Origin: Daphnia carinata
Taxonomy: Eukaryota
Reading direction: 5' to 3'
DNA: 64,000 nucleotides
Assembly (NCBI RefSeq): GCF_022539665.2
Contig: NC_081331.1
Span: 12,772,001 to 12,836,000, forward strand
Position 1 is the stretch's first letter. Each line of letters starts with the position of its first letter. Positions 11,648-23,953 of the stretch are shown here, piece after piece. The position numbers were made by a program, and so were the translations under genes. Under the pieces are notes generated by a model. That model saw nothing but the letters and a program-made list of their open reading frames with translations. It was not told the origin of the DNA and did not search any database.

Positions 11648-14600
11648 ATGACGTCTTTATTGAAGAATCAAATTATTAAACATCTGTCTAAGTAAGATTC
11701 TATTTTTGACATAAAGTGATGTAAACATTACCCTCTGTTTTTATGAGATTAGATTTGTCAAGAATCTGTCACCAGATAAAATCAACCTTAGCACACTTAG
11801 AGGAGAAGGTGACCTTACTAATCTTGAGCTTGATGAGAAAGTGTTGACCAGTTTGTTGGAGTTGCCAAACTGGTTAACTCTTGACAGAGCTTGGTGCAAT
11901 CGAGTTTCTATAAGAATTCCTTGGACAAAGCTCAAAAGTGTTCCAATATGCCTGGTAATTTCATGAAATCAACAGAGGTCCATTTCCTGCAAATGTATAC
12001 ATCTACATTTTTTTAGAGCTTGGATGAGGTCCATGTATCTATGGGAACCTGCTCGGAATTACGTCAGCCCTCAACTAACCTCAAGCCTCCAACTTATGCA
12101 ACTGGTGGTAAATATGGCTTTTCTGACAAGGTAGTTGATGGAGTAACAGTTAGTGTAAACTCATTAATCATCAACTTTAAAAGCCCTGCATTTGAAGCCT
12201 CCTTACAAGTGTGCATTCTTGTTAAGTATCTTGTATTTCAGATGTGGTTAGTGTAATTTTTCTGGATTATAGTTTTCGCGCATTCTACTCGAGTCAGCAT
12301 CTCCTACTTGGCAGCATGGTGATTTACGATTTTCCCGGTTAAAGGATCCAGACTCAGGATTGATATTACTATTTAAGGCATAAGTCAACAATCCCATACC
12401 AAAAATGTGAGATTGCTTTATTGTGATAATTTTCCGTGATTTCAGGAGTTACAGTGGCAAACTCTTCGTCTGGAAGCACGGTCTACCGCCGGGGACTTGT
12501 CTTTACCGCCACTTCGCCTAATAACTAATCAGTCCAAATGTCGTATTACGATAAAAAAGCGCCTTATGGGTAAGGTCCAATAATGCCTATAAATGCGTTC
12601 AAACTCGCTAGGAATTAACTGTATGTGTTTGCTAGACTGCGCTGTTATTGGCTGTCGCCTCGTCCTGATCATGGATGAACTGCTTTGGGTTCTGACAGAT
12701 GCACAGCTTAGCGCTGCTGTTCTTTTTCTTCAATCACTCTCGACTTTGATTGAACAGGACACTTTGGTTAATCAAAGGTTTAAGGTATTTGTTAAATCTG
12801 TCCCTATTCCATGTCTATTTGAAACAGACGGCAATCAAATGTTTACAGGCTGCGCGAAAGTTGGAGACGCTCCCCGAGTATCACGCACAGCAGCAGCAGC
12901 AGCAACAGCAACATCGTTCTGGTGTTCCTGGTTGTACACAGAAATCTCCGAGCCCAATTTCTCGAGTGTTTGCTCGTCATGACGTTCTAGAAACCTCGTA
13001 TCATTTCTTCTCGGAGAAGATCGATTTTCATTTTTGTGACGACCCTGGAGAGGGTAGAAGCAGTCATCCGGAGCTAAAAGATGGTGGAGCCCTTCAGGTT
13101 ACATTGACTCAGCTTCAGCTCGATTTCTATCCGTATCACTGGGCAGCAGCTGAGGCTGGAAGCCACCGTAAACATTGGGTAGGCTACGAAGAAGGACCTC
13201 TTTCTCGATGGGTACGTTTCGTGATTCATGGAAGTAAAGCATTGAAAGCACTGAGAGAAATTTTCTTCCATAGGTCGAACAAGGAATCTCTCAGTTCACG
13301 AAGCAACTCCTTCACATGGATTCGCCTACTCACAATAAGTTGACGCGTAGTCTAGCCAACGATGGACCTTCAGCTCCACATGCTAGTCCAAAGATTACAC
13401 CCAACATGTCCATGCTACAGGAATCCATCCTCCATCGTCTAAGACAACTCATGAGCACATGCTTAATTCTTAGGCTTGGTGATTTCCTTGTCTACCGAGT
13501 GACGACAGCCAAGAGCCGTCAATCGCCAAAAGAATTTATAGTTGGTAAGTGATGATTCAGATCTCTTGTTGCTTTGGCTATGGGTTTTTTTTTTCTTTGT
13601 GCTTTTGCCACTTGGCATATCGCCCGAGCCTGTCATAGCCTAACTGAACGTAATGATGTGCTCGTAATTTGCTAGCTTACCATTTAGTTCAGGAAAAGAA
13701 ACGAAGGAAATTGACAGGTATGTTTTCTTGATTTTTCTCGTCAGCATCCTATTGTTCAAGTTTTTCTCTCGGGAATCCTACATAATTTATTTATCTTTAT
13801 CTAATCAGTGTTTTCCTTTAGGTGATCGAGGCCGGTTTCCTCTTCCGGATACTATGCCAATTATTCATATGGAACTTACCCAGTTCTATTATCCTGGCGA
13901 CGTGGAATTTCCTCGTAAGTTTTAACAACATAAGATTATACCTTTGGAATATTACAAATCATCATAATAGGTAGTTTTAATTTATGTGTATTAAAACAAT
14001 TTCGCTCCGTTTGCAGTTCCTCAACCCAAGTGTTTCATCCAGCTCAATCCGCTACAGCTTAATTTCGACGGATTGACCATACTGTGGTTACACGTATTTA
14101 TCCGCGGGTTAGAAAAGACTTTGACTTCACGTACGCCTTCATCAGGTGTCCCTGATTCGTTAAACAAATCTGCACCAGTGCCAGAACCGCAACTTGAAAT
14201 ACGTTTGGAAGCTTTGATGCCAAGAGTAACGAACTCTAAGACATATACTTGTATTGGTTTTTAATGCCACATTGTCCGACCGCAGATGATTTTTGAGCTA
14301 CCAGGATGGGAACGTCCACGGTCCCTACAGCTACAAGTGTCAAGACTAGTGTGTTCCAACTTCCGATCGATAGATAGTGGCTCGCAGGCAGATCTGGCAG
14401 CCTGTCTAGAGAAAATACAAGGCGGTTCGTCAGAGTGCCCTGGAGGTCTTTGCTTCGCCTCCGCTTTCCCGGCGAAGGATAACGACCTATCACCAATTAG
14501 CGAGACACTGCTGAAGCATGCCACTCAAACACAGTCTAGTCAGACATCAGGCGGATGGAAAAGAGATCTCTTCTGGTCGAAAGAAACGGAGCAAGTCTGG

Positions 14601-16819
14601 TTCATACACCTTGATCCTTTCTGGGCGGATTTTTTTGCCGTCAGCGGCCAGATATCCAAAACAAAACCTTTACCTTTCATCGGGACGGTTCCCATCACTG
14701 CTTGGATTCAACCGGATCAAGGTTTATTTTTACTGTAGTTTTGCCTCTCCTCGAATACGAGGGTATTTACGTATTAATTGAACACAGAAAGGATTTCTGG
14801 ACTTGTGAATATCAGTAGTCTTTTGAGTGTTCAGCTTGATCGCGCTGAGTACGTGTTCCTCCTGCGCGTCATGGAAAACTTGAAGGAAACAACATCATTT
14901 TTGGATCACCAAGAAAAAAAATTCAGTACAGGGGATACATCGCAATCGGTGGTTCTCGGAGCAGTCGTTCCACAGGTTGACATATCCATCTTATTTCCAC
15001 CTCAGGCTGCTTCAGCCCTGCAAGTATAGTCGTTATAGCTCGTTGCTTGAAAGAATTTGTCCGTTATATTGCATATGTGTTACAGGCCTTAGATGATGGC
15101 GATTCTCCTTTAGGGGACACAGAATCAATATATCCTGACACGTCCAGCATGACAGACATAGCCAGCCTTGGTCGTACCATGAATGGATTAAAGCTCCGTA
15201 ACTCACATTCAGAGTACGTTGTTTCGCCGCCGACCAACATTGGAAATACCAATTATTTAACAGATGCCGTTACAATCGTCAAATCACAAAGTGATAGGTT
15301 TGTACTCGCGAGGATGATTACTATCGTGTCCGTCTTTGATTATACTCATTTCACCTACACAGTATGATTGAAATATCTGGAAGTAACGATGCAATCAGAG
15401 GCCCTGAAGACTGCAAAGTAGGTGGACACACCCCAGTTGTCTCACAAAGATCAGTGACATTTGCCGATCGCAAGCAACCGCCGCAGCAGTCTGGATTCAG
15501 TTCGATTTCGAGGGGCCTCCACAGTTTCATGTCAAGCATGGATGCAGCCCTCAGGCATCCTACTCACATACCAGGTATGATTTTGTAGTACCCTTTAAAA
15601 ACAATTGCATTTTTGAAGGACATATTGTTTTAATTGATCGTTGTTTTCTCGTTCTGTCAGACGATGCGAGCGACTGCTATTCTATCCGAAGTGAAGGTAG
15701 TTCAGATAGCAGCGATAATTTCACGGTATTGCAAGCCGAATACACCGAAAATCATCAGGACATTCTTGGCGTGTTCAAACCGAAAAATTCGCAAGGAGCC
15801 TCATCCGAAATTGAAGTTTCTGCCGATCCGCTTAGTGACGCCGCGACAGAAGAGCTCGATGAAGTGGCTGTCGAAGTGTGCGAAGATACCCCAACCACTA
15901 GTGATCAATCTTCGGCCGCACCAACAATGGCTTCATTTGCATCACTTCGTAGTCGTGATGTTGCCATTGTGACAATCCACATAAACGATCTTGAGTTCAT
16001 TCAACAGTCAATTGGGTCGACTGCATCTCTACGCTTGCAAGCTGGTCATGTGTCTTGCGACGAATGCACGGCCATGTCCCAAGAGGAATTCCAAGTATGA
16101 AAAATTTATTTCCCTTTTGATACATCATATCGAATTTCTCGGTCCTTTCTTTCTACGTAACAGGCAAAGTTCGCATCGAGAAGTCGAGGTTGGCGAGAAG
16201 TCCAAGTTGATACAGAAAGACAATCCGGTACAAATGTGCATCCACTCCGAGTCCGAATGGAACAGAAAATGGATTTCTCTCCAGAACGCGTAGATCTGAG
16301 TGGATCACTTAGGGAGGCCGTAGCGGCGGCAACCGAAGCTTGGATTGAAGCCAGTTTGACTCATTTGAGTTTGTCCCTGCAACTTAGTTCTGTCACTGGA
16401 TTAACAGCCTTCGTCGAAGACGAGCTCGAGGCACCAGTCATTCCTCTCTTTATAAACTTGCGTGATGTCGAGTGTTCACTGATTGAAGATCGGCCTCCCA
16501 TACGCGTCGGGGGACCGCCACCAGTTCCTCCCCCTCCAATGGTCGTCCGCATCAAACATTTGCTCGTCCAGAGGAATCATTGTGGTGTCATTTCTGTCGG
16601 CGTCAACGAACCTAATCCCAACAGCCTTATTTCCCGCGGTAATTCTCTACTTCGTATAGTCGATTTTGTAAAAATGATAATTGACGGATCTCGTTCCATT
16701 CGGCGACAGGTGATTCTGCCAACCGGGACTTGAGAGAAGCTGCGCTCCGATCAAGAATCGAGGAACTGGAACGGGAAAACGCCTCGTTACATCAACGGCT
16801 CAGCAATAAAATAAATTGA
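11648..16819 (+). CDS. Bridge-like lipid transfer protein 3 (UHRF1BP1/SHIP164-like), multi-exon
   Basis: Chorein-N start MTSLLKNQIIKHLS|FVKNLSPDKINLSTLRGEG, LELPNWL, IPWTKLKSVPI, YGFSDKVVDG, LLWVLTDAQL, DFYPYH; C-terminal coiled coil ending TGA 16817-16819. Confidence 0.9.
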
Positions 16820-19481
16820 AATCTAGTCAATCCGTTATTACCTTGCCTTTTTATATTATAATTTTTTTTTCTACCTGTCACCTTCCATGGTTCTTTGCGC
16901 TATTCGTTAAGTTACATCGATTAACGCATGCTAATCGTAAACGAAACGAGTCTTTCTTCGTCGTGCGGTGATGCCTGTGTGAATTTTTTACTGTCAGTTC
17001 GCGAGGAATGTTCTTTGTTCTCCAAAAATCTTTGCCCTTTAATGGCGTACATGGTTGTTACACGTTTGCGCGGTGTGTTCTGGTCCATCAGCTATCTGTT
17101 AGATTCGATGTTCATAATAGTTTCCCTTGTCACGTTTGGGATATGTTTGTGGTTCGTTCTCCATTTTCATTTTTTTTTTTGTCTTCTTCCTATTGTTTCG
17201 TTATCCTTTTTGGCTAGTCCCTACGAACGCCGATCGGCCTTAAAAATCATTCGCATGAACCGTCCGTGTTGATTATGACATTCCCGCTGTCGGACGCTTT
17301 GGCGAGTGTTACCGATCGATAGAAGGACTCTAAAGGGAGTTTTATGAAATCAATAAATATTATTCGACTCACGCTCACGTTCGTTTCTCCCGCACACATT
17401 TAATTAAAAACTTGGGAAATGTTTATAACGATAGGGTGCGATAGTAACGGCAATCCGCGTTGAAGTTTTCTATTTATTCCGGCACAAGTTTACAATATGC
17501 ATAAGACAGAGTTGACGTTCAACTCTACGGAGGCACTTTGCGCCCCATGTGCAGTGGCGAGTGCTTCAATAAAAGTGTCACTAGTGACTTCACAGTCATC
17601 AATCACGTCTTTTTTTTTGTTTTTTCCTCAAGCTACTTGGAATTCTCTATTTGGATTGGCATGGGTTTTGCATTCTGACTAGCGGCAAAAAGTTTTGGTA
17701 CGTTGCGTTCGGCAATTTTCCTAGTCCTATCTTCTCATCATTCGTCCATGTCGCCTTTCTGATATTAGCATCGCAAAGTGTCACAACGATTGGCGTTCAA
17801 CAATCATAATGCGCCATTTCCGAAATAACGCAGCACCCGCGGCTGGATATTTCGAGTAAACAAAATCCCCTCTTTTCACGGTCTTATTTTTTGTGACGTG
17901 ATAATAGCAATGCTCTGATTGTTTGTTCAAAAAGCGTGGGGCGTACTCTATGCAATACGCGTTGATCAATGCTAGTTGAGATAGAAAAAAAATTGCTCAT
18001 TACTTAGAGATGATTCCAGTGAAATCAGCCATTAGTCGTGGAAAAGGGTGTGGTACGAGTAGCAACGAATTTGCGGACACTGCACTTTTGGATCGAAAAT
18101 AACGAGATTTGTTGTACGCCAACGATGATGTTGTAGGCCGGGGGGCGACGTCAGTGCGCGTGACCTGATATTGTTTGCCGTCGGTGAAAACACGTGCCGC
18201 ACGCTTCGTTTTCGTACTTTCTGTATCCCTTTGTTTATCATCTTTTTCAATGTTTGCTTTACTTTTATTTTTTTCCTTTCGGTATTTTTTTTTATAGAAA
18301 ATCTATGTAGGTACTCTATTGCCATACAGCGCCATTCCATCGGGAAATTGAATTGTTTATTTATACACATCCCGCCGGAAAGTATTGTTTTATTTGACGA
18401 GCTTTGAGTGTGGTTTGATTCCCACGGTTCATCTTTCAGGCCAACGCGACGTCCAGCTAGCTGGAAGCTATATTCGAATAGACGAACCATGTCCACCGGT
18501 CGCGAGATATAAAGGAATAGTCTTTTGAAGTTTCAAAACCGAGGAAACCTGCCGACTCGTCAACGCACCCGCACGATCGACTTTGCTACTCATCATATTT
18601 TCCATTTGAAACACGCCTGGAAATCCCTCGACGCTGTCGCAAAGACCAACATTTTTTTTTTTATTGTTGTGTGTTACTTTTATGCCACTAGTGGATGTTT
18701 ACTTCGCTTGCAGCCTGAAACTCAATCTCGTGCGATATGCATCAAGGTTGTTGCTGTCTACGGCACGCGCACTGCATGATTCCCTACCCGTGCTTCTACA
18801 GAATTATCTATTTTACACATCCGTGTTCTTGTGATTGATCTCATTATATCTTGTATAGCACCATTTCATCATGTTAGCCACGTTCAACAAGGTCGATAGA
18901 AGCCATCAAGCTAAATGCCATCGTTTTGATCGATGCACGTTCATTTGGATTAAGCATCGACCTATTTCTTTTGTTGGATTCAGTCGCAATCACGGGAGAT
19001 GAACAAAAGACTTAGCTTACAAGAATGAGAAAAGAGGCCATATAACAATAAGGAAAATCGCTGCTTTTCAAATACACAAATAAATTAAGAGGCAGGAATA
19101 AAAGACTAGTAGTATACAGATGTGCGGATGGAGTTTTGCGGGAAGTTGGTTAGGTCCCAACGGCGCTATGATCTCTCTAGGGGAGGTAGGGACGGAACGA
19201 AAAGGAAAGTGGGAGAAGTGGGATGATGGGCCCAGAGCCGTCCGTCTCCCTTTCCACTTGTTCTCCTTCCACCAACACAGCGACAGTGTCCGACTGTTTT
19301 CAGTTGCCTACCAGACTCGTTCGGGAAAGGTCGTGAGTTTTTCGCACTAGAACGGCGCTTCTCCTTTTTCTCTTCGGTCCGACCCTATTCATCGCTTTCC
19401 TTTCAAACTTTTTTACGGCCTACTCGCCCTACAATAGAACATCCCCCATGCCTCCTTAATTCTTCTGGAGCGGTCGGCATT

Positions 19482-22400
19482 ATGAGGAGCGGACTGTTTC
19501 TTGGCAGCCAACTCGTCGTCTACTCTCTGCTGATTGTCGCCAACGAGAGTAAAAGAATCGAAATACAAGAAACAAATCAAGACGACCGTCTCCGTCTCCG
19601 CAAACATAGTTGTGTCTCATCTCGTGCAGGTCATCTGGGAGCTCTGCCTGGACTGTTCGTCGACCAGGACGGCATTGACGGCTGTAATCATGACCATGGA
19701 CCGGCACCTTCGTTCAGTGCTCCGGAGAATGGATCGACCGTGAAAGGCCATCACGGTGCCCCTGCCAAACTACAATGCACCGTTCAAGAGCTCCATCACC
19801 GAGCTGTGAGTTTTCTTTGTCTTTTTTTTTTTTTTGTATTTCTTGTTGCTGTTGTCCAATTTTTTTGTTTCTAAGTACAATCTCTCCGGCCTGCTATGGT
19901 TGCATCGCGCATCGTGATTGGGCGAGTCATCCTCTGTCAAGGGACCGGCGGTTACGTTTACTACCACAGAGTTGCACTGCAGACAGAGGGCAAACAATCG
20001 ATTAAAGCGGCCATCAAAGCATGAAGAGTTAAATGTGTGCGACGACGATCCGCTCTATGAAACCACTCCAAAGTCGAATGCCGGTTGCGAAATGAAGCAG
20101 AAATGGAATAACAGCGAATGCGAGGCAGAAGAGAAGTTGCAGCTGCCAATCGAAGCAATCGATTTAGTTATGTAGTGCGCCCGTCAAGCTATTTTTTGAA
20201 ATTGAAAGACACCAGTCGACAATTCAATTGAATGAGGAACGTAACTGTCGACATGCTCCGCTGTTCTTTGATCCAAGTTCCACTCACTACCGTGCAAGAG
20301 TGACAGAACAAAGGCGCTTTGGCCTATGCACAAAAGCGCAAAGCTAAGCATAAAAATCTATAACAAATGTTTTCGTAGAAAAAAAAAAATAAGGCAGTTA
20401 CCATCTTTGCGAGAAAATTGTTTAATTAATTATTTATTTGTTTTCCACTGCGCAGAAGATTAGTAAAATCCACGGGTGGCTTAAGATCTACACGATCGCA
20501 AGCTGAATCATAGAATTACTTTTAGGCCCACAATGCCAGTTGATAGAATAGTTTAAAAAAAAAAGTCACATTAATGAACGCAACGTTCGTTTTGTTTTCT
20601 CTGTCAGGAGAGTTTTCATTTGGTGAGCATCAATACAGAGCCAGACATAAAGACAAAACGCTATCTCTCTCGCGATTCACTTGTGCTAATGTAGCTCCTT
20701 TGTTTATCGAAAAGGCACGAGTCTGTTTTTTCAAAAAGAGAAACAGAGAATCAACCCTGTACAGGCCTATGTTGAAAAATAGTTACATTATTCAGCACAT
20801 TTTTATTTCGTCAATTGAAGATGAATTGAATAAGCTCGTGATAAAGGCCCGAGAGGCGAACTTAAAAGAAGGCCTTTGTTGCCGCACGATCTGTTTGAGC
20901 TTCTGTTGGACGAAAGAGGATGAAGCGGCAATCAAACACATTCTACGTTTCCTATTTTTCTTTTACTTTTTCTTATTCCTACCCTTACGCTGTTCTTTTT
21001 TTTCCATCTACTTCTACAAGCTGGCCAAATATTTATGAGCTATGTTATCGACGGAAACGGGCACACAACGACCAGTGCTTCGTTTTGCTGCAACGCATTG
21101 GAGCACTAAGCTGCAGCGTTTAGGGCATTCCCTTCGGCTATCAGACGAATTAAAGAAGACTAAAGACTAAATATACACTATACATTCATATAAAGGGAGG
21201 ATAAAGATGTTGTTTTACCCGTCCGTGTTACGGCTCGCATCGCGCAGGAATGAGTACTCGACCAAAAATATATAAACAAGCCGCCCCAAGAAACCAAAAA
21301 AAGGGAAATGACGATTGAGGTAGTGGAGTAGAAGAGTGCCCATATAGCCACAGCCTTTTGGCGTATACGAGCAAGGCCGCATAAATGCTTTCGGCTGCCC
21401 AGCAACTGGCGACAATGCTCCTTTATGAAGATGCATGATGACCGTTTTTTTTGTCTTCTTCTTTTGTGGCTGCTCACGCTTCTTTTCCTCGCTGCTTTAG
21501 CCCGTTCATTCTTCTTCAGGACATTATGGTTTCGTCTCGAGCCCGGGCTTGAATCTCGGAGACCTCACTACTTGAAGCAGCCCCAGTATGATGTATGTAA
21601 TGTAGCGGCCGTAGAGCTTCGGATCACGCCCTCCACTGAATTCAATCACTTTGGTGATATATTGCACATTATATACTTTGGCCTCTTTTCCTTTTAATCA
21701 AAGGCAAAGCTCAGCTCTTAAGGCATTGCGCTGCTGTGTGCCGTTAATTCCTGTGTCTTACAGCCTTTTTAACATCTTTTCTCTGAAAGAGATTATTCGA
21801 AAAACTCGTCGAGTATTAGATTCCAGGATTTGAAAGAGACACGGTTATTCACGCTTGTAACGCGTGAACGCGAACGCGTGTGTTCTCGGATCAGACTAGG
21901 TTTTACCGAAAATATATAACCTTTCAATTGGTGTGTCCTTTTTTTTTAATGGCAGGTGTCTTGGATCAGAAAGACAGTGGATGACTTGCAGCTGTTGACG
22001 GTGGGCGAATCCAGTCACACGGCCGACCCGCGGATTAGCCCCGATTTTACCTAGTACAGAAAGCATCTTTTCCCAATTTATTTATAATAAATGTTCGTGA
22101 CTGTTTAATAATAAAACGAAATTGTTATAGTCCACATTTATGGCAGCTCAAGTTCAATCCAGCGATGATCAACGACTCAGGCACATACCTCTGTCACATC
22201 TCTACCGACCCACCACTCATTCGCTACATCCGCCTTGAGATTTCAGGTAATATTTGTTTCATGCCCAACCTACCTTTAAGTTTCTCGTAGTTCCTTTGCA
22301 AAGTACGGACTTTTTTGGGCTTATTTCTTAAGGCTTAAATTTTTAAAGTTGAAATTTGATTTAAACTAACAAGTCATGACCAAATTTTAAACACTGAATA

Positions 22401-23953
22401 AAATATTAGTTTTCCCGTTAATCATGTAGTTTGTTAATAAAGCGCAATCCTTTCGTCATCGTCAAAGTCTTGATTGGAGTATATTTCCAAGCAGGTTTTC
22501 TCACCAGTGGCAAAATACTCCACGATAAGACATAACACAATAAAGACCCCTAGACCTCCAGTAGGAAAGAATAAAATTGATTTAAAGATCGTTACACAGA
22601 TACTATCAATTTAGAGGAAGAAGTGGGATGACCTTTGAAATCCGACTAGTCCCGCGAACCGGATGTAAAGTGAGCTTCGTCATTTATCACGGTCACTCTT
22701 GGTCGCTTATCGACGGCCGATGCGATCCGCAAACGGACACGGTTTTTTTTTTTTTTTGATACCCCATACGTCTCGGTCGTAGCGTTGGCCGTGATCGATC
22801 GTCTTCCAGTTCGGAAGAGCGGCCACGATGACTTAAGACGACGCATCGGTTTTTACGGGTGTTCCACCATTTGTCACGTTCTAAGGCATAAAATAAATAG
22901 CGGATACGCACCAACCGCTTCCTTGCTCTGTGCACAAAGCAGGAGAGTCGAAGCCGTATGGGTTACGTGGGAACTAGCCATAGATCCGGCAGTAGGTCTT
23001 CCCCCATCCATTTAGAATATGAATGATGTACCGTAACTCTGTAAAAGACCGATATGAACAGTGGGCACACCGCCCTTATCCTCTACTACATCCGAATATT
23101 CATACTTTAGGCTCCCATTCATTCGGTTAGCTCATGTTTATGTGCGTTGGTTGTATCACGAACATGTTTTCTCACTTGTCACTGTGACGGCCTGATCCGA
23201 GGAAATCATGTTTATTGAATAACATGGACGGACGTGTGTGTCAGTCAGTTCCAGAACCAATCGTCGAGCTGGTCGACAGCTTGACGGACGCTGCGCTATC
23301 CTCGGACCGGGTCCTCTACTATCGAATCGGCTCTAGCCTCGAACTGCGCTGCCGTGTCAAACGCTATTGGATCAAACCGACGCGTTTCCATTGGCTCAAG
23401 TCAGGCAATCCAGTGTCCGATGAGCTGTGGCGCGGCGGAATTAGGTCAGAATTTTTGTATACATCATTCTACGTGTTTTCTGGCAGGTCAGATCCGGACC
23501 AAAGCCGATGATGATGATTTATCTAACATTCAAAATGTCTGTTTGTTTTTTTTTCAAATTTATGGCCTCATAGCATCTACACGGAAATCACCAAACCTGG
23601 CCAGCTGGAAAATAAGCTTAGCATTGCCAACGCAACGATCAACGACGGCGGGAATTACACTTGCAGTCTAGATTCATTTTCTGTCAGTATCGTTGTTCAT
23701 TTTCTTAAAGGTAATTTAGCCGATCTTATTTTAATAGGCGTTGGCTTCAAATGTCTACATTAAAAACTTCTTTGTTTTAATGGGTTGGGATACAGAAGAG
23801 AAACAAGCTGCTTCGCAGCACGCATCAAATGGTGTCCATTCATCAGTAATGGAACACGCCTTCCATCGAGGAATGGCTTGTCATTTAATCCTCTCGTTTC
23901 TACTCCAAGTCGGCATCTCTCATCGCCATTTATTCCGTGCCATTGAGCCATGA
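19482..23953 (+). CDS. Dpr-like (defective proboscis extension response) two-Ig-domain cell-surface protein
   Basis: Signal peptide; Ig1 AKLQCTVQELHHRA|VSWIRK..LQLLTVG..HTADPR..|WQLKFNPAMINDSGTYLCHISTDPP; Ig2 GSSLELRCRV..FHWLK..RGGI|..LSIANATINDGGNYTC; hydrophobic tail. The 3' end is uncertain (possible extra exon near 24027). Confidence 0.85.

Noticed and set aside
16928..19350. Phe-rich ORFs in the BLTP3 3' region and dpr upstream region
   Set aside because: Driven by T/A homopolymer runs typical of UTR and intergenic sequence; not protein-like.
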